Origin: a bacterium
Lineage (GTDB): Bacteria; UBA10199; 2-02-FULL-44-16; JAAZCA01
Direction of reading: 5' to 3'
Length of the DNA stretch: 64,000 nucleotides
Assembly: GCA_963674695.2 (NCBI GenBank)
Contig: CAXXGI010000003.1
Location: 64,001 to 128,000 of the forward strand
Part shown: positions 48,211-59,258 of the stretch, one piece after another
How positions within the stretch are numbered: position 1 is the first letter of the stretch
Layout: each line of letters begins with the position of its first letter
Position numbers and translations under genes: made by a program
Notes under the pieces: model-generated
Seen by the model: only the letters and a program-made list of their open reading frames with translations
The model's database searches: none
What the model was told of the DNA's origin: nothing

Positions 48211-48323
48211 AGCGTAGAGCGTGGAGCGTTTAGCGTAGAGAACATCAACGATCTGCTTTTCTATCCGCTAAACGCTCCACGCTAAACGCTCGTGAACGCT
48301 CCACGCTATCCGCTATTCGCTAT
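48211..48323. repeat. Inverted heptamer tandem-repeat element (AGCGTAG type)
   Basis: AGCGTAG AGCGTGG AGCGTTT AGCGTAG / CCGCTAA ACGCTCC ACGCTAA...; loop ends AACATCA..TTTTCTA shared with the 12187 copy. Confidence 0.85.
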
Positions 48324-48331
48324 TCCAGGTT

Positions 48332-49426
48332 ATGAAAAAGCAGGAATCCTACATGCGGTGGGCGATCGCGTTGGCGCTCGAGGGCCAGGGATTGACGTCG
48401 CCCAACCCGATGGTCGGTGCGCTCATCGTCAAGAATGATCGCATCGTCGGCGAGGGGTACCACCGCAAAGCGGGAGGACCGCATGCGGAGATCGTGGCGC
48501 TTCACCAGACGGGCGGTCGAGCGCGCGCGGCCGATCTCTATGTGACGCTCGAGCCCTGTGCCCATAAAGGGCGTACGCCACCGTGCGTCGACGCGATTAT
48601 CGCCGCCGGCGTTCGGCGCGTCATCATCGGCACGCGGGACCCGAATCCGATGGTGAACGGCCGAGGTATCCGTCGACTTCGTCGTGCTGGTATCGCGGTT
48701 ACCGTCGGTGTGCTCGAACAGAATTGCCGCTCGATCAACGAGGCCTATAACGCGTTCATCGTTACGGGCAAACCCTTCGTCACCGTCAAGGCGGCGCTCT
48801 CGCTCGATGGAAAGATTGCTGCGGCATCGGGCGATTCCCGTTGGATTACGAATGCCGAATGCCGTCAGTATGTGCATCGCCTGCGCGGACAGGTCGATGC
48901 GGTTCTCGTGGGCGGGGGAACCGTTCGGGCCGATGACCCGCGGTTGACCGTTCGGCTCAAGGGATGGATCGGGCATGAGCCGCGTGCGATCATCGTCGAT
49001 GAAGCCCTCGATCTTTCCCGGAAGGCACGTATCTGGAAGCGCGCGCGTGGACAGGTGATCGTTGCCACGACGATGGCTGCGTCGATTTCGCGGCGGCGCT
49101 GGATCGAACGGCAAGGGCATGCCGTGCTCATCTGCCGGGCCACAGCCGATGGGCGCGTGATGCTCTCGGACCTCATGCGGCGTCTCGGTCGAGAGGGGAT
49201 TTCATCGGTGCTCGTCGAGGGCGGAGGCGAGATCTTCGCCGGATTTTTTCGGAGCAAACTGGTCGGACGTCTGGTTGCATGCATGGCCCCGAAGCTGATC
49301 GGCGGAAAGGGTCTGGATTTTCTGCCGGGAATCTCGCATGCGACGATGCAAAAGGTGCCGTCACTGTCCGACGTGACGATGAAGACCTTCGGTGATAATA
49401 TCGTCGTCGAAGGAAGACTGCGTTGA
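48332..49426 (+). CDS. ribD: Riboflavin biosynthesis deaminase/reductase RibD
   Basis: PNPMVG, HAE, TLEPC.H.G.TPPC, SLDGK, VEGG. Confidence 0.95.
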   Translation: MKKQESYMRWAIALALEGQGLTSPNPMVGALIVKNDRIVGEGYHRKAGGPHAEIVALHQTGGRARAADLYVTLEPCAHKGRTPPCVDAIIAAGVRRVIIGTRDPNPMVNGRGIRRLRRAGIAVTVGVLEQNCRSINEAYNAFIVTGKPFVTVKAALSLDGKIAAASGDSRWITNAECRQYVHRLRGQVDAVLVGGGTVRADDPRLTVRLKGWIGHEPRAIIVDEALDLSRKARIWKRARGQVIVATTMAASISRRRWIERQGHAVLICRATADGRVMLSDLMRRLGREGISSVLVEGGGEIFAGFFRSKLVGRLVACMAPKLIGGKGLDFLPGISHATMQKVPSLSDVTMKTFGDNIVVEGRLR

Positions 49427-49461
49427 TGACGAACCACGAATAACGAATGATGAATCACGAG
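49427..49461 (+). repeat. Degenerate heptamer array
   Basis: TGACGAA CCACGAA TAACGAA TGATGAA TCACGAG between ribD and ribE. Confidence 0.7.
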
Positions 49462-49466
49462 GTTCT

Positions 49467-50117
49467 ATGTTTACCGGTATCATCGAAGGCGTGGGGGTTG
49501 TCCGCGCGATCAAAAAGAAGGGGGATGGTGCTGAGATCGAGATCGGATGCGATTTCGACCTCGAGCAGACCAACGTGGGCGACTCGATCTCGGTCAACGG
49601 TATCTGCCTCACCGTCACCTCGCGTTTGGGCAAGAGCTTCTGGGCGGATGCCTCGGTCGAGACGCTCATGACGACGAGTTTTTCCGATCTGAAGGTGAAC
49701 GATCCGGTCAACCTCGAGCGGGCGCTCATGGTCGGCAGCCGATTGGGCGGGCATATCGTCCAGGGGCATGTCGACGCCATTGGGCAAGTAGTTGATATTA
49801 AAAAACATTCCGATTCAACTGCCTTTACGATCGAATTTCCACGCAACCTTTCCCGCTATATTGTCGAAAAGGGTTCGGTCGCCATCGATGGGGTGAGCCT
49901 GACGGTCAATCACTGTGAAAAGGATCGGTTTTCCGTCATGGTCATCCCGCACACCCAGCTCAAATCCACGTTTCATGCGATGAAGCGGGGGACGCGGGTG
50001 AACTTGGAGGTTGACATCATCGGGAAATATGTTGAAAAGCTTACGTTTTTAGACAGCGCCCAGTATGAGAAGGATTCGAAAATCACGAAGGAGTTTTTGA
50101 AAAAACACGGATTTTAA
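49467..50117 (+). CDS. ribE: Riboflavin synthase
   Basis: MFTGII, GDSISVNG.CLTV, VNLERA, GGHIVQGHVD. Confidence 0.95.
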   Translation: MFTGIIEGVGVVRAIKKKGDGAEIEIGCDFDLEQTNVGDSISVNGICLTVTSRLGKSFWADASVETLMTTSFSDLKVNDPVNLERALMVGSRLGGHIVQGHVDAIGQVVDIKKHSDSTAFTIEFPRNLSRYIVEKGSVAIDGVSLTVNHCEKDRFSVMVIPHTQLKSTFHAMKRGTRVNLEVDIIGKYVEKLTFLDSAQYEKDSKITKEFLKKHGF

Positions 50118-50129
50118 CGAGTCACGAGT

Positions 50130-51368
50130 ATGCCTATGACTGAAATGAACGACAGCTCTTGTCAGGCGACCGCCTCCGTGGAACGCGCGATCGAAGAGAT
50201 CCGTGCGGGACGCATGGTCATTCTCGTCGATGATGAAGACCGCGAGAACGAGGGCGATCTCGCCTGCGCGGCCTGCCATATCACGCCGGAGATGGTCAAC
50301 TTCATGGCGCGTTTCGGGCGTGGGCTCATCTGTCTGACGCTGACCGAAGAGCGCGCCGATGCGCTCGACCTTCCGCTGATGGTCCACGACAATACCTCGG
50401 CCTTTCATACGGGCTTTACCGTTTCGATCGATGCAAAAGAGGGGATCACCACCGGCATCTCGGCGGCCGATCGCGCGCTCACCATCCAGAAGGCGATCGA
50501 TCCGAAGGTCACCGCGCAGGATCTGGCGCGCCCGGGGCACATCTTTCCGCTGCGGGCGAAGTCCGGCGGCGTGCTCGTGCGCACGGGTCAGACCGAGGGT
50601 TCCGTCGACCTGGCGCGGCTGGCGGGCGTTGATCCCTCCGGCGTCATCTGCGAGATCATGAATGAGGATGGGAGCATGTCGCGCATGCCGGAGCTGAAAC
50701 AGTTTGCGCGCGAGCATAACCTGCACATCGTCAGCATCGCCGATATCGTTCGCTATCGCATGCAGCATGAGCGCTTGGTGGAGTGTGGCTCCGAGGCCGC
50801 GCTTCCCCTCGAGCAGGGCGATGATTTTCGCGTCTTGACCTTCCACACGCAGGTCGATCCACATTCGCACGTGGCGCTGGTCAAGGGGGACGTCACCGAT
50901 GGCGAGCCGATCCTGGTGCGCGTGCACTCCGAGTGCCTCACGGGCGATGTCTTCGGGTCGAAGCGGTGTGACTGTGGCCTGCAATTGCAGCGCGCGCTCG
51001 ACATGATCGAGCAGGCTGGCCGCGGCGTGCTCCTCTACATTCGGCAGGAGGGACGCGGCATCGGTCTGCACAACAAGATCCGGGCCTATGCCCTGCAGGA
51101 CGAAGGACTCGACACCGTCGAAGCGAACGTGAAGCTGGGATTCAAGCCGGACCTGCGCGACTATGGCATTGGCGCGCAAATCCTCGTGGAGCTCGGATTG
51201 AAGCGCATTCGCCTCCTCACGAACAACCCGTGTAAGGTCGTGGGTCTGTCCGGGTATGGCCTCGAGATGGTCGAGCGCGTGCCCATCGAAATCGATCCGG
51301 GCCGTCACAACGAATTCTACTTGCGCACCAAGCGCCTCAAGATGGGACACCTGTTGGAAAAAGTGTAA
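50130..51368 (+). CDS. ribBA: Bifunctional DHBP synthase / GTP cyclohydrolase II
   Basis: [48 protein letters not shown]. Confidence 0.96.
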   Translation: MPMTEMNDSSCQATASVERAIEEIRAGRMVILVDDEDRENEGDLACAACHITPEMVNFMARFGRGLICLTLTEERADALDLPLMVHDNTSAFHTGFTVSIDAKEGITTGISAADRALTIQKAIDPKVTAQDLARPGHIFPLRAKSGGVLVRTGQTEGSVDLARLAGVDPSGVICEIMNEDGSMSRMPELKQFAREHNLHIVSIADIVRYRMQHERLVECGSEAALPLEQGDDFRVLTFHTQVDPHSHVALVKGDVTDGEPILVRVHSECLTGDVFGSKRCDCGLQLQRALDMIEQAGRGVLLYIRQEGRGIGLHNKIRAYALQDEGLDTVEANVKLGFKPDLRDYGIGAQILVELGLKRIRLLTNNPCKVVGLSGYGLEMVERVPIEIDPGRHNEFYLRTKRLKMGHLLEKV

Positions 51369-51381
51369 AGGAGAGGTGAGT

Positions 51382-51849
51382 ATGCCGAAATTTATCGAGG
51401 GAACGCTGACGGCGAAGGGGCTTCGTCTTGCGATCGTGGCGAGCCGCTTCAACGATTTTATCACCGGCCGTCTCCTGGAAGGGGCGCTCGACACGATTGG
51501 CCGCAGTGGCGGCGATGCTGAAGGCACGGTCGTGGTCAAGGTGCCGGGTGCATTCGAGATTGCCCTTGCGGCCAAGCGCCTTGCAGCGAGCGGTACCTAC
51601 GATGCGGTCGTCTGCTTGGGCGCGGTCATTCGTGGGGCCACCCCGCACTACGAACACGTGGCTACACAGATGGCGCGCGGGGTCGCCAGCGCATCGCTCG
51701 AGACCGGCGTTCCGGTTACCTTCGGCGTGATCACGGCCGACGATCTGGAGCAGGCGATTGAGCGCGCTGGATCCAAACAGGGGAACAAGGGCACCGAGGC
51801 GACGCTCGCTGCCATCGAAATGGCCAACGTCCTCAAGAAAGTGTCGTAA
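51382..51849 (+). CDS. ribH: Lumazine synthase
   Basis: [30 protein letters not shown]. Confidence 0.96.
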   Translation: MPKFIEGTLTAKGLRLAIVASRFNDFITGRLLEGALDTIGRSGGDAEGTVVVKVPGAFEIALAAKRLAASGTYDAVVCLGAVIRGATPHYEHVATQMARGVASASLETGVPVTFGVITADDLEQAIERAGSKQGNKGTEATLAAIEMANVLKKVS

Positions 51850-51854
51850 TACCC

Positions 51855-52316
51855 ATGAGCAGCCGCAGACGACAGGCGCGTGAGTGCGCCCTCCAAATGC
51901 TCTACCAGATCGAGCTCGCCGGCGATCCGATCGAACAGGTGGTGGCTCGCTATTGGGAGGCGAACGATGTGACCGAAGAGGTCCATCGTTTTGCCGAAGC
52001 ATTGGCGGTCGGGGTGAACCAGAACGGCGCGGCCCTCGATGAGATGATTATGCGTTTTTCCACCAACTGGAAACTCTCCCGCATGGCCGCGGTCGATCGC
52101 AACATCCTCCGACTGGCGGTCTACGAGTTGGTTCATTGCGACGACATTCCAGCAAAGGTGACGATCAATGAGGCGGTGGAGATCGCCAAGCGCTTCGGCA
52201 CGATCGAGAGCGGCTCGTTCGTCAACGGCATCCTCGACAACGTCGCACGCGCGACATCAGCGTCGGAGCCGAAAACAGAAGCAGGGTCCGAGCCGAAGGA
52301 GGAGGACGCCTCATGA
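51855..52316 (+). CDS. nusB: Transcription antitermination factor NusB
   Basis: RR.ARE.ALQ.LY, DRNILRL, INEAVEIAK.FG, FVNGILD. Confidence 0.95.
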   Translation: MSSRRRQARECALQMLYQIELAGDPIEQVVARYWEANDVTEEVHRFAEALAVGVNQNGAALDEMIMRFSTNWKLSRMAAVDRNILRLAVYELVHCDDIPAKVTINEAVEIAKRFGTIESGSFVNGILDNVARATSASEPKTEAGSEPKEEDAS

Positions 52317-53188
52317 CACAAACGCGTCGCATCATCGTGGCCACATCGGCTGGTTTCTGTTGGGGTGTTCAACGCGCCTTCGACAAGGTGCTCGAGGTAG
52401 CGCGCCAGAGTCCGGCCGATGCGCCGGTCTACACCTATGGGCCGCTCATCCATAATCCGCAGGCGGTGCACATGCTCGAGCAGCAGGGGATCGCTGTCTT
52501 GGATGAGATCCCGAATCGGATCGAGGGGACGGTCGCCATTCGCACGCACGGCGTGCCGCCATCAGACCGCAAGCGTCTGGAGGCCAGCGGCGCAAAACTC
52601 TGCGACGCTACCTGTCCCGACGTGGGGATCATCCAGGGCCGCGTGCGCAAGCACCTTCGCCTGGGCTACTTCATCATCATTATCGGCAACCGCGAACACC
52701 CCGAGGTGAAGGCGCTTCTGGGATTTGCAGAAAAAAATGGCGCGTGCGTCAACACCTCCGAGGAGGTGGCTGCTCTCCCCGCGGACCTCGCGCAGGTCTG
52801 CGTGGTCTCCCAGAGCACGCAGCAGCGTCAGAAGTTCGAGGAGCTGGTGGCGCTCATCCGCAAACGCTATGAGCAGTGCGTGGTCTTCAACACGATCTGT
52901 AGCTCCACCGAGAAACGACAGGAAGAGGTACGCGAGCTGGCGGGTACGGTGGATGCCATGGTCGTGGTGGGGGGGCGCAACAGTTCGAACACCAATCGCC
53001 TGGCCGAGATTTCGCGTGGAATCGGCACGCCCACCTTTCACGTCGAGAGCGACGAAGAGATTGCGCCGGATGATTTTGCGGCGGCCGAAACCATCGGGGT
53101 CACGGCGGGAGCGTCGACGCCCAAGTGGGTGATCGAACGCGTCGTGCAGAAACTCGAATCGTTCGGCAGTATTGGCACCGTTTCCTAA
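52313..53188 (+). CDS. ispH: 4-hydroxy-3-methylbut-2-enyl diphosphate reductase
   Basis: AGFCWGV, IHN, DATCP, HPEV, TIC..T..RQ, SSNT, GVTAGASTP. Confidence 0.95.
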   Translation: MTQTRRIIVATSAGFCWGVQRAFDKVLEVARQSPADAPVYTYGPLIHNPQAVHMLEQQGIAVLDEIPNRIEGTVAIRTHGVPPSDRKRLEASGAKLCDATCPDVGIIQGRVRKHLRLGYFIIIIGNREHPEVKALLGFAEKNGACVNTSEEVAALPADLAQVCVVSQSTQQRQKFEELVALIRKRYEQCVVFNTICSSTEKRQEEVRELAGTVDAMVVVGGRNSSNTNRLAEISRGIGTPTFHVESDEEIAPDDFAAAETIGVTAGASTPKWVIERVVQKLESFGSIGTVS

Positions 53189-53195
53189 ACGCGTC

Positions 53196-53320
53196 AGACT
53201 GCTGACACAGTCATCTTGCGCTGTCATTCCCGCAGGGGTAAGCGGGAATCTCGATTGTAGCAGTACATCGAGATCCCCGCGTTCGCGGGGATGACAAAAA
53301 CGCAGGTTTTTCAGCAATCT
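53196..53320. mobile_element. MITE-like element, family B
   Basis: TIR AGACTGCTGACACA / TTTTTCAGCAATCT; same palindromic core as 46274-46393. Confidence 0.75.
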
Positions 53321-53375
53321 CGCGAGCTTTCGTAGATGTGTCTCTTTTCCTTCCCCCAAAGCCAAGGAGGTGCGC

Positions 53376-54743
53376 ATGGCTTCCCTCGATCGAAAGTTAT
53401 TTGGCACCGACGGCGTGCGTGGAATCGCCAACCGCTATCCGATGGAGGCGGTCACCGCTCTTCGTCTGGGACAGGCCGTGGCGGCGATCACCCGCGATGT
53501 GGATGGGCTCGATCGCATCGTTGTCGGAAAGGATACCCGGCGTTCCGGCTATGTCATCGAGTCGGCACTCGTGGCGGGCATCTGTTCGATGGGCGTGGAT
53601 GCCATGTTGGTGGGGCCTCTGCCCAGCCCCGGCATCGCCTTTATCGCTCACAGTATGCGCGCCAAGGCCGGCGTGATGGTCAGCGCCTCGCACAATCCCG
53701 TCGAATACAACGGCATCAAATTCTTCGACAACCTGGGGTTTAAATTTCCTGACGAGATCGAGGGACGGATGGAGGCGCTCGTCTTCGGCAACGAACTGGA
53801 CGCCATGCGTCCCGGGCCGGAGGCGGTGGGGAAGGCCTTTCGCATCGACGATGCGGGGGGGCGGTACATTCAATATCTCAAGGGGACCTTTTCGCAACAC
53901 CTGTCGCTCGAAGGGATGCGCATCGTCGTCGACTGCGCGCACGGATCGGGATATCGCACCGCGCCGACGGTCTTGACCGAATTGGGGGCGCAGGTGGTGA
54001 CGATGGGGGATGCGCCCAACGGACTCAATATCAACGATGGCTGTGGAGCCCTCCATCCCGAGCGTATGGCTCGGCGTGTGGTCGAATGTGGCGCCGACGT
54101 GGGCATCGCGCTCGATGGCGATGCCGATCGCGTGATCATGTGCGACGAGAAGGGCGAGGTGATCGACGGCGATGGCATCCTTGCCATCTGCGCCACGCAC
54201 CTGCACGCCAAGAAGCAGCTGGCCAAGAATGCGGTGGTGGGGACCAAGATGAGCAACATGGGGTTGGAGACCACACTCGCCGAGCGCGGCATCAGCCTGA
54301 TTCGCACCGATGTCGGTGATCGCTATGTCATGGAACTGATGCGGCGCGAGCAGCTCAACCTGGGCGGAGAGACCAGCGGGCATATCATCTTTCTGCACCA
54401 CACGACATCGGGCGATGGGACGCTGGCAGCACTGCGCGTGCTTTCCATCATGTGCCAGCAGGGGCGAGCGCTCTCCGAGGTCGGTCGCGTCTTCACGCCC
54501 TTTCCGCAGGTGATCCGAAACGTTCGCGTCTGCGAGAAACGACCCGTCGAGAAGATGACGGCGGTCGTGCGCGAGATGGCGCGTGCCGAGGAACAGCTCG
54601 GGACGCGAGGCCGCCTGCTGGTGCGGTATTCCGGAACGGAAAATATCGCCCGCGTCATGGTCGAAGGTCCCGACCAGGATCGCATCGACGAACTTGCGGA
54701 TGCCATCGCCGATGCCATCGCTGTCGACATCGGCATGCGGTGA
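53376..54743 (+). CDS. glmM: Phosphoglucosamine mutase
   Basis: FGTDGVRG, GKDTR.SGY, SASHNP, DGDADR, RYSGTE. Confidence 0.95.
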   Translation: MASLDRKLFGTDGVRGIANRYPMEAVTALRLGQAVAAITRDVDGLDRIVVGKDTRRSGYVIESALVAGICSMGVDAMLVGPLPSPGIAFIAHSMRAKAGVMVSASHNPVEYNGIKFFDNLGFKFPDEIEGRMEALVFGNELDAMRPGPEAVGKAFRIDDAGGRYIQYLKGTFSQHLSLEGMRIVVDCAHGSGYRTAPTVLTELGAQVVTMGDAPNGLNINDGCGALHPERMARRVVECGADVGIALDGDADRVIMCDEKGEVIDGDGILAICATHLHAKKQLAKNAVVGTKMSNMGLETTLAERGISLIRTDVGDRYVMELMRREQLNLGGETSGHIIFLHHTTSGDGTLAALRVLSIMCQQGRALSEVGRVFTPFPQVIRNVRVCEKRPVEKMTAVVREMARAEEQLGTRGRLLVRYSGTENIARVMVEGPDQDRIDELADAIADAIAVDIGMR

Positions 54744-55010
54744 AGAGCATCGGTAGTTCCTCCTGAAGCAAGGCTTTCCCCCTTTCCCTCGCGGTGACGC
54801 ATCGAGAGATCTCTCGATGTCCCCACAAGTAAAATACTGGAATAGAAAGTAAATCGCTCGAGTACTTATAGTTTTGGCGTTTTAGCATTGACGCGCTGCA
54901 TCGTTGGGCGTACCAAAAAAGAAGAAGAAAGGCGTTCATCCCACCGGGTTCAGGAGGCATATCGAAACGAACAGAAGGGGCAGTCCTGAAAAAGAAGAGC
55001 TTTCTCACGT

Positions 55011-55844
55011 ATGCACGCAGCCATGCTGCAGAAGGGGGGCTTTCAGATGCTATCAGGATGTGGAGAAAAGGAAGTTCGTCTCAACACCGTCTCGTTGCGC
55101 ACGCCCTTTGATGTTCCCTTGAAGTTTCCCTCCTCGACGGGGGCACCCCCTCGAAGTATTCCCGATACCATCGATGCAAAGAGCCGATATTGCCTTGTGC
55201 CGGCCCAGGGGTTGAAGCTGGGTTTTGAGCTCAGCACCGACTGTCATCGCCGTCTGTCCCTCAACGCCTACAGCCGCCTGTTTCCGGATTCCTCTCCCTC
55301 CGTTTCGCGATATGCCTTCGGCGAAAAATTTTTTCCGACTCCTTGTTGTCTTCCACAGAGGCCGGAAACAATGGCCATTAGCAACCATGCGTATTGGCGG
55401 TTCGGATTCGGGTACTGGAAGCCATTCCTGAACGGGGCGATGTTGACCCTTCGAAGAGGCGATGTGGCGTTGCATTCGTTTCCCCAGGCATCGCAATTGG
55501 CACTGCCCATCGTGTGGCAGAACGCCGGCGGGGCGAGCGTTGTCGGGCTTGGAAAACCTCTCGTGTTGAAACCGCCGCCTCCGAGTTGGAGTGTTTCTCC
55601 GGCGCTGTTTGCCGAGCAGCGCGACGATCGTCTTCTTCCAGGGCAAGGGCCAGGCTCGTGCACGAGCGGTCTGGAGGGAGGATTGAGCATCGACGGTTGG
55701 CTCAATTCGGGTTCTTCAGCATCTCAGGTGCGTCTCTATGGAGGCGTGGGGGTCGAACAGTCTCGACAGCAGACCCTCATCATGCCGGCAAAAAAAGAAG
55801 AGACCGGCGTTCGCGGGACCTTCGGATTCGAGATCAAGTTTTAG
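55011..55844 (+). CDS. Hypothetical protein (start uncertain)
   Basis: Longest ORF between glmM and ffh; ends GTFGFEIKF; family not recognised. Confidence 0.4.
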   Translation: MHAAMLQKGGFQMLSGCGEKEVRLNTVSLRTPFDVPLKFPSSTGAPPRSIPDTIDAKSRYCLVPAQGLKLGFELSTDCHRRLSLNAYSRLFPDSSPSVSRYAFGEKFFPTPCCLPQRPETMAISNHAYWRFGFGYWKPFLNGAMLTLRRGDVALHSFPQASQLALPIVWQNAGGASVVGLGKPLVLKPPPPSWSVSPALFAEQRDDRLLPGQGPGSCTSGLEGGLSIDGWLNSGSSASQVRLYGGVGVEQSRQQTLIMPAKKEETGVRGTFGFEIKF

Positions 55845-55918
55845 CAATACGGAGATGTGGCTGATTGACAGCCATCCTCCGTTTCGCATAAGGTGCGGGC
55901 CTCTTTTACGAGGCCCGC

Positions 55919-57259
55919 ATGTTTATTCAGCTTACAGAAACCTTTCGCAAGGCCATCGACAAGATCTCCGGAAAGGGGAAGCTGTCGGAGGCCGATGTCA
56001 AAGCCGCCGCGCGCGAGATTCGCTTGGCGCTGTTGGGCGCCGATGTCCACTTCGCCGTCGTGAAGGATTTCGTCGACGGCGTGGCCGCGCGTGCGGTCGG
56101 ACAGGACGTGCTCGATTCCATCCATCCCGCGCAGCAGTTCACCAAGATCGTGCATGACGAACTGGTGCGCGTCCTGGGCGGCACCGTTACGCCCTTCGAT
56201 TTTGCGGCCAAACCGCCGCTCATCCTGCTCATCGTGGGCCTTCAGGGGAGCGGCAAGACCACGACCGCTGCGCGTTTTGCGCTGCAGTGCAAGAAGCTGG
56301 GGCGCCGTCCCTACCTCGTTCCGGCCGACGTCCATCGGCCCGCGGCCATCGATCAGCTCAAACAGCTCGCCCGCCAGGCCGAGGTCGATTGTTGGGACAC
56401 CACCATCGGAGACAAGGCCGTCAAGGTCGCCAAGGCGGGGGTGAAGCAGGCGACGAAGAATGGATACGATACGATCATCATCGATACCGCGGGACGTTTG
56501 CATATCGATGCGGAGATGATGGATGAGGTTCGGGCCATTTCGAAAAAGGTTGAACCGCAGCGCATCCTCTATGTCGCCGATGCCATGACCGGTCAGGATG
56601 CGGTCCGTGCGGCGAAGGCCTTCGATGAGGCGCTGGCTATCACGGGCGTGGCGCTGACCAAGTGCGATGGCGATGCGCGTGGCGGTGCGGCGCTCTCCGT
56701 GCGTGCGGTGACGGGAAAGCCCATCCTCTTCGTCGGCACGGGCGAGGGCTTGGACGATCTCGAACCCTTTCATCCCGATCGCATGGCTTCGCGCATCCTG
56801 GGCAAGGGGGATGTTGTCACCCTCGTCGAGCAGGTCGCGACGAAGGTCGAGGCCGGTGAGGCCGAGGCGATGGGGAAAGCCATGGCCAGCGGCTCCTTCA
56901 CTCTGGAGGACTTTCTCAAGCAGCTCAAGATGGTGCGGCGCTTAGGCCCCCTCGACCGCATGCTGGGCATGATGCCGGGCATGGGGGATATGGCGCGCGA
57001 CATCGATCCGGATCAGATGCGGCATATGCTCTCCCACAAGGAGGCCATCGTGCTGTCCATGACGCGCCAGGAACGCTCCAACCCCAAGATTTTAAACGGT
57101 TCCCGCCGGAAGCGGATCGCCTTCGGGGCCGGGGTGGCGGTCTCCGACGTCAATCGTTTCCTGAAGGAATTCAGTACGATGGAGCAGATGCTGCGCAAGA
57201 TGCGCGGCGGCGGCATGCGAAAACTGTTTAAAGGCTTGACTCAAAAAGGATTTTCCTGA
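55919..57259 (+). CDS. ffh: Signal recognition particle protein Ffh
   Basis: GLQGSGKTT, DTAGR, TK.DGDARGG, Met-rich M domain SMT..ER..P, SRRKRIA.G.G. Confidence 0.96.
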   Translation: MFIQLTETFRKAIDKISGKGKLSEADVKAAAREIRLALLGADVHFAVVKDFVDGVAARAVGQDVLDSIHPAQQFTKIVHDELVRVLGGTVTPFDFAAKPPLILLIVGLQGSGKTTTAARFALQCKKLGRRPYLVPADVHRPAAIDQLKQLARQAEVDCWDTTIGDKAVKVAKAGVKQATKNGYDTIIIDTAGRLHIDAEMMDEVRAISKKVEPQRILYVADAMTGQDAVRAAKAFDEALAITGVALTKCDGDARGGAALSVRAVTGKPILFVGTGEGLDDLEPFHPDRMASRILGKGDVVTLVEQVATKVEAGEAEAMGKAMASGSFTLEDFLKQLKMVRRLGPLDRMLGMMPGMGDMARDIDPDQMRHMLSHKEAIVLSMTRQERSNPKILNGSRRKRIAFGAGVAVSDVNRFLKEFSTMEQMLRKMRGGGMRKLFKGLTQKGFS

Positions 57260-57319
57260 TAGGACGCTGCGCTCGTCAATCATGTCCCCCGGCAGACGGG
57301 GGGCGTCTGTGGAGGCTAT

Positions 57320-57553
57320 ATGGCAGTGAGAATTCGGTTATCCCGGTCCGGAAAGACGCATGCACCGTTCTACCATGTGGTGGCGGCTGACATGCACATG
57401 CCGCGCGACGGGCGCTTTCTGGAGATCCTCGGGACCTACGATCCGCGCAACAAAGAGCAGCGCTTCACCGGCAAGAAGGAACGCATCGAGTACTGGCTGG
57501 GCAAGGGTGCGCGTCCAACCGAGACCGTTGCGAAGCTGTTGCGGACGCTCTAG
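57320..57553 (+). CDS. rpsP: 30S ribosomal protein S16
   Basis: MAVRIRL.R.G...PFY.VV.AD...PRDGRF.E.LG.YDP. Confidence 0.95.
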   Translation: MAVRIRLSRSGKTHAPFYHVVAADMHMPRDGRFLEILGTYDPRNKEQRFTGKKERIEYWLGKGARPTETVAKLLRTL

Positions 57554-57575
57554 TTTTTCATCACCAGGAGGAGCC

Positions 57576-57821
57576 ATGGCAGGCGAACCCATGCAGCAGC
57601 TGATCGAGGTGATGGCGAAGGCGTTGGTGGACAATCCTGACGAGGTCGAGGTGGTCGAGGTAGAGGGCGAGGTGACCAACGTCATCGAGTTGCGCGTGGC
57701 CAAAGACGACCTGGGGAAGGTGATCGGAAAACAGGGGCGCACCGCACGTGCGCTGCGCACGATCCTCTCGGCAGCCTCCACTAAATTGCGCAAGCGTTCT
57801 GTCCTCGAGATTGTGGAGTAG
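57576..57821 (+). CDS. khpA: KH-domain RNA-binding protein KhpA
   Basis: AGGAGG RBS; [22 protein letters not shown]; between rpsP and rimM. Confidence 0.9.
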   Translation: MAGEPMQQLIEVMAKALVDNPDEVEVVEVEGEVTNVIELRVAKDDLGKVIGKQGRTARALRTILSAASTKLRKRSVLEIVE

Positions 57822-57826
57822 TAAAC

Positions 57827-58375
57827 GTGGAAGAACCCAAGGAGCAGCAGACGAAGTGGATCGAGAGTGGGCGCATTGGACGTGCCCTGGGGCTTCGCGG
57901 TGAAAATATCGTCTATTGGAATAACGACGTGCCGCCGGTCGAAGTGAACGATGAAATTTTTGTCGCAACCGATTTGAACGCAGAACCTGAACCGTATCGA
58001 ATAGCGGCCTTGCGCAAGCAAGGCCGTTTGCATGTGGTGCGCTTCGAGGGCATCGACGATCGCGAGGCCGCTGAGGGGATGAAGAACCGCCATCTCTTCC
58101 GTAGTGCCGATGAGTTGCCCGCCCTTGCCGAGAATGAGTACTACAGCTATCAGATCCTGGGACTCGCGGTCGTCACGCGCGAGGGGCGACGGTTGGGCGA
58201 GATCGTGCGCATCTTTACCGCGGGCGAAAACGACGTCTATGAAGTGCGCCCCGAGGGAGCGAAGAAGGGTTCGGAAGTCCTCGTCCCCGCCATCGCCGAT
58301 GTTATTGACCGCATCGACCTGAACGCAGGTGAAGTCATCATCAACCCCCTGCCGGGAATGATTGAAGAACCCTAA
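57827..58375 (+). CDS. rimM: 16S rRNA processing protein RimM
   Basis: G.I....GLRGE, F.GIDDRE.AE, EYY..Q..GL.V, NDVY; operon position. Confidence 0.9.
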   Translation: MEEPKEQQTKWIESGRIGRALGLRGENIVYWNNDVPPVEVNDEIFVATDLNAEPEPYRIAALRKQGRLHVVRFEGIDDREAAEGMKNRHLFRSADELPALAENEYYSYQILGLAVVTREGRRLGEIVRIFTAGENDVYEVRPEGAKKGSEVLVPAIADVIDRIDLNAGEVIINPLPGMIEEP

Positions 58376-58425
58376 TGGACCTTTCCCCGGGAGGCGCCGG
58401 AGCTCTTGCGCTGCGATAGAACGTT

Positions 58426-59184
58426 ATGAGAATCGACATCGTCACCATCTTTCCGAGTTTTTTTGATTCGCCGCTTTCTGAGACGATCATCAAGCGTGCG
58501 CGCCAGAAGGGGTGTGTCTCCTTTCATTGTCACGACATTCGCGACCAGACCCACGACAAACACCGCTCGGTCGACGACACCCCCTACGGCGGTGGTGCGG
58601 GCATGGTGATGCGGCCGGGTCCCATCACCGAGGCGGTCGAGGCCGTCCCGCGTCAGGGTCGGTGCGTGCGCATCCTGCTCACACCGCAGGGAGAATCCTT
58701 TTCGCAGCCGATCGCGCGCGATCTGGCCGAATGTGATCAGCTCATCCTGACCTGCGGAAGGTACGAAGGGATCGATGAACGCGCGCGAGGGTTTGTCGCC
58801 GATCGCGAGATCTCCGTGGGCGACTACGTCCTCTCCGGCGGTGAGATCGCTGCCATCGTCGTCATCGATGCGGTGGTACGCCTGCTGCCCGGTGTGCTGG
58901 GAAATGAGGAGAGCATCGCGCACGAGTCGTTTGAGACGGGACTTCTGGAGTATCCGCAGTATACGCGCCCCGAGATCTTTCGCGGGGAAGGGGTGCCGAC
59001 GGTGCTCACCGGCGGACACCATGCCGAGATCGAGCGCTGGCGTCGAGGACAGGCCCTGCTCCGCACCCGGGAACGACGCCCGGATCTCTTTGATAAGATT
59101 GAACTTTCTGACGACGACCGGATGCTCTTGGCGGAGATATCTGCCGGGTCGCCCCCAAAGGGCGCCAGCGAGGGAAGTGATTGA
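58426..59184 (+). CDS. trmD: tRNA (guanine-N1)-methyltransferase
   Basis: [42 protein letters not shown]. Confidence 0.97.
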   Translation: MRIDIVTIFPSFFDSPLSETIIKRARQKGCVSFHCHDIRDQTHDKHRSVDDTPYGGGAGMVMRPGPITEAVEAVPRQGRCVRILLTPQGESFSQPIARDLAECDQLILTCGRYEGIDERARGFVADREISVGDYVLSGGEIAAIVVIDAVVRLLPGVLGNEESIAHESFETGLLEYPQYTRPEIFRGEGVPTVLTGGHHAEIERWRRGQALLRTRERRPDLFDKIELSDDDRMLLAEISAGSPPKGASEGSD

Positions 59185-59258
59185 CAATATGAGGGAAAGC
59201 CGATAAAGACCCCCGGCTTTTCGCTGTTTTGGCCCTGTCTGCAAGGAGTGTATGTATT

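Noticed and set aside
48210-48331. FMN riboswitch upstream of ribD
   Set aside because: No RFN consensus seen; the region is explained by the heptamer inverted repeat
54744-55010. Lower-GC intergenic stretch as ncRNA (for example SRP RNA near ffh) or small ORF
   Set aside because: No SRP helix-8 motif, tRNA fold or credible coding signal recognised
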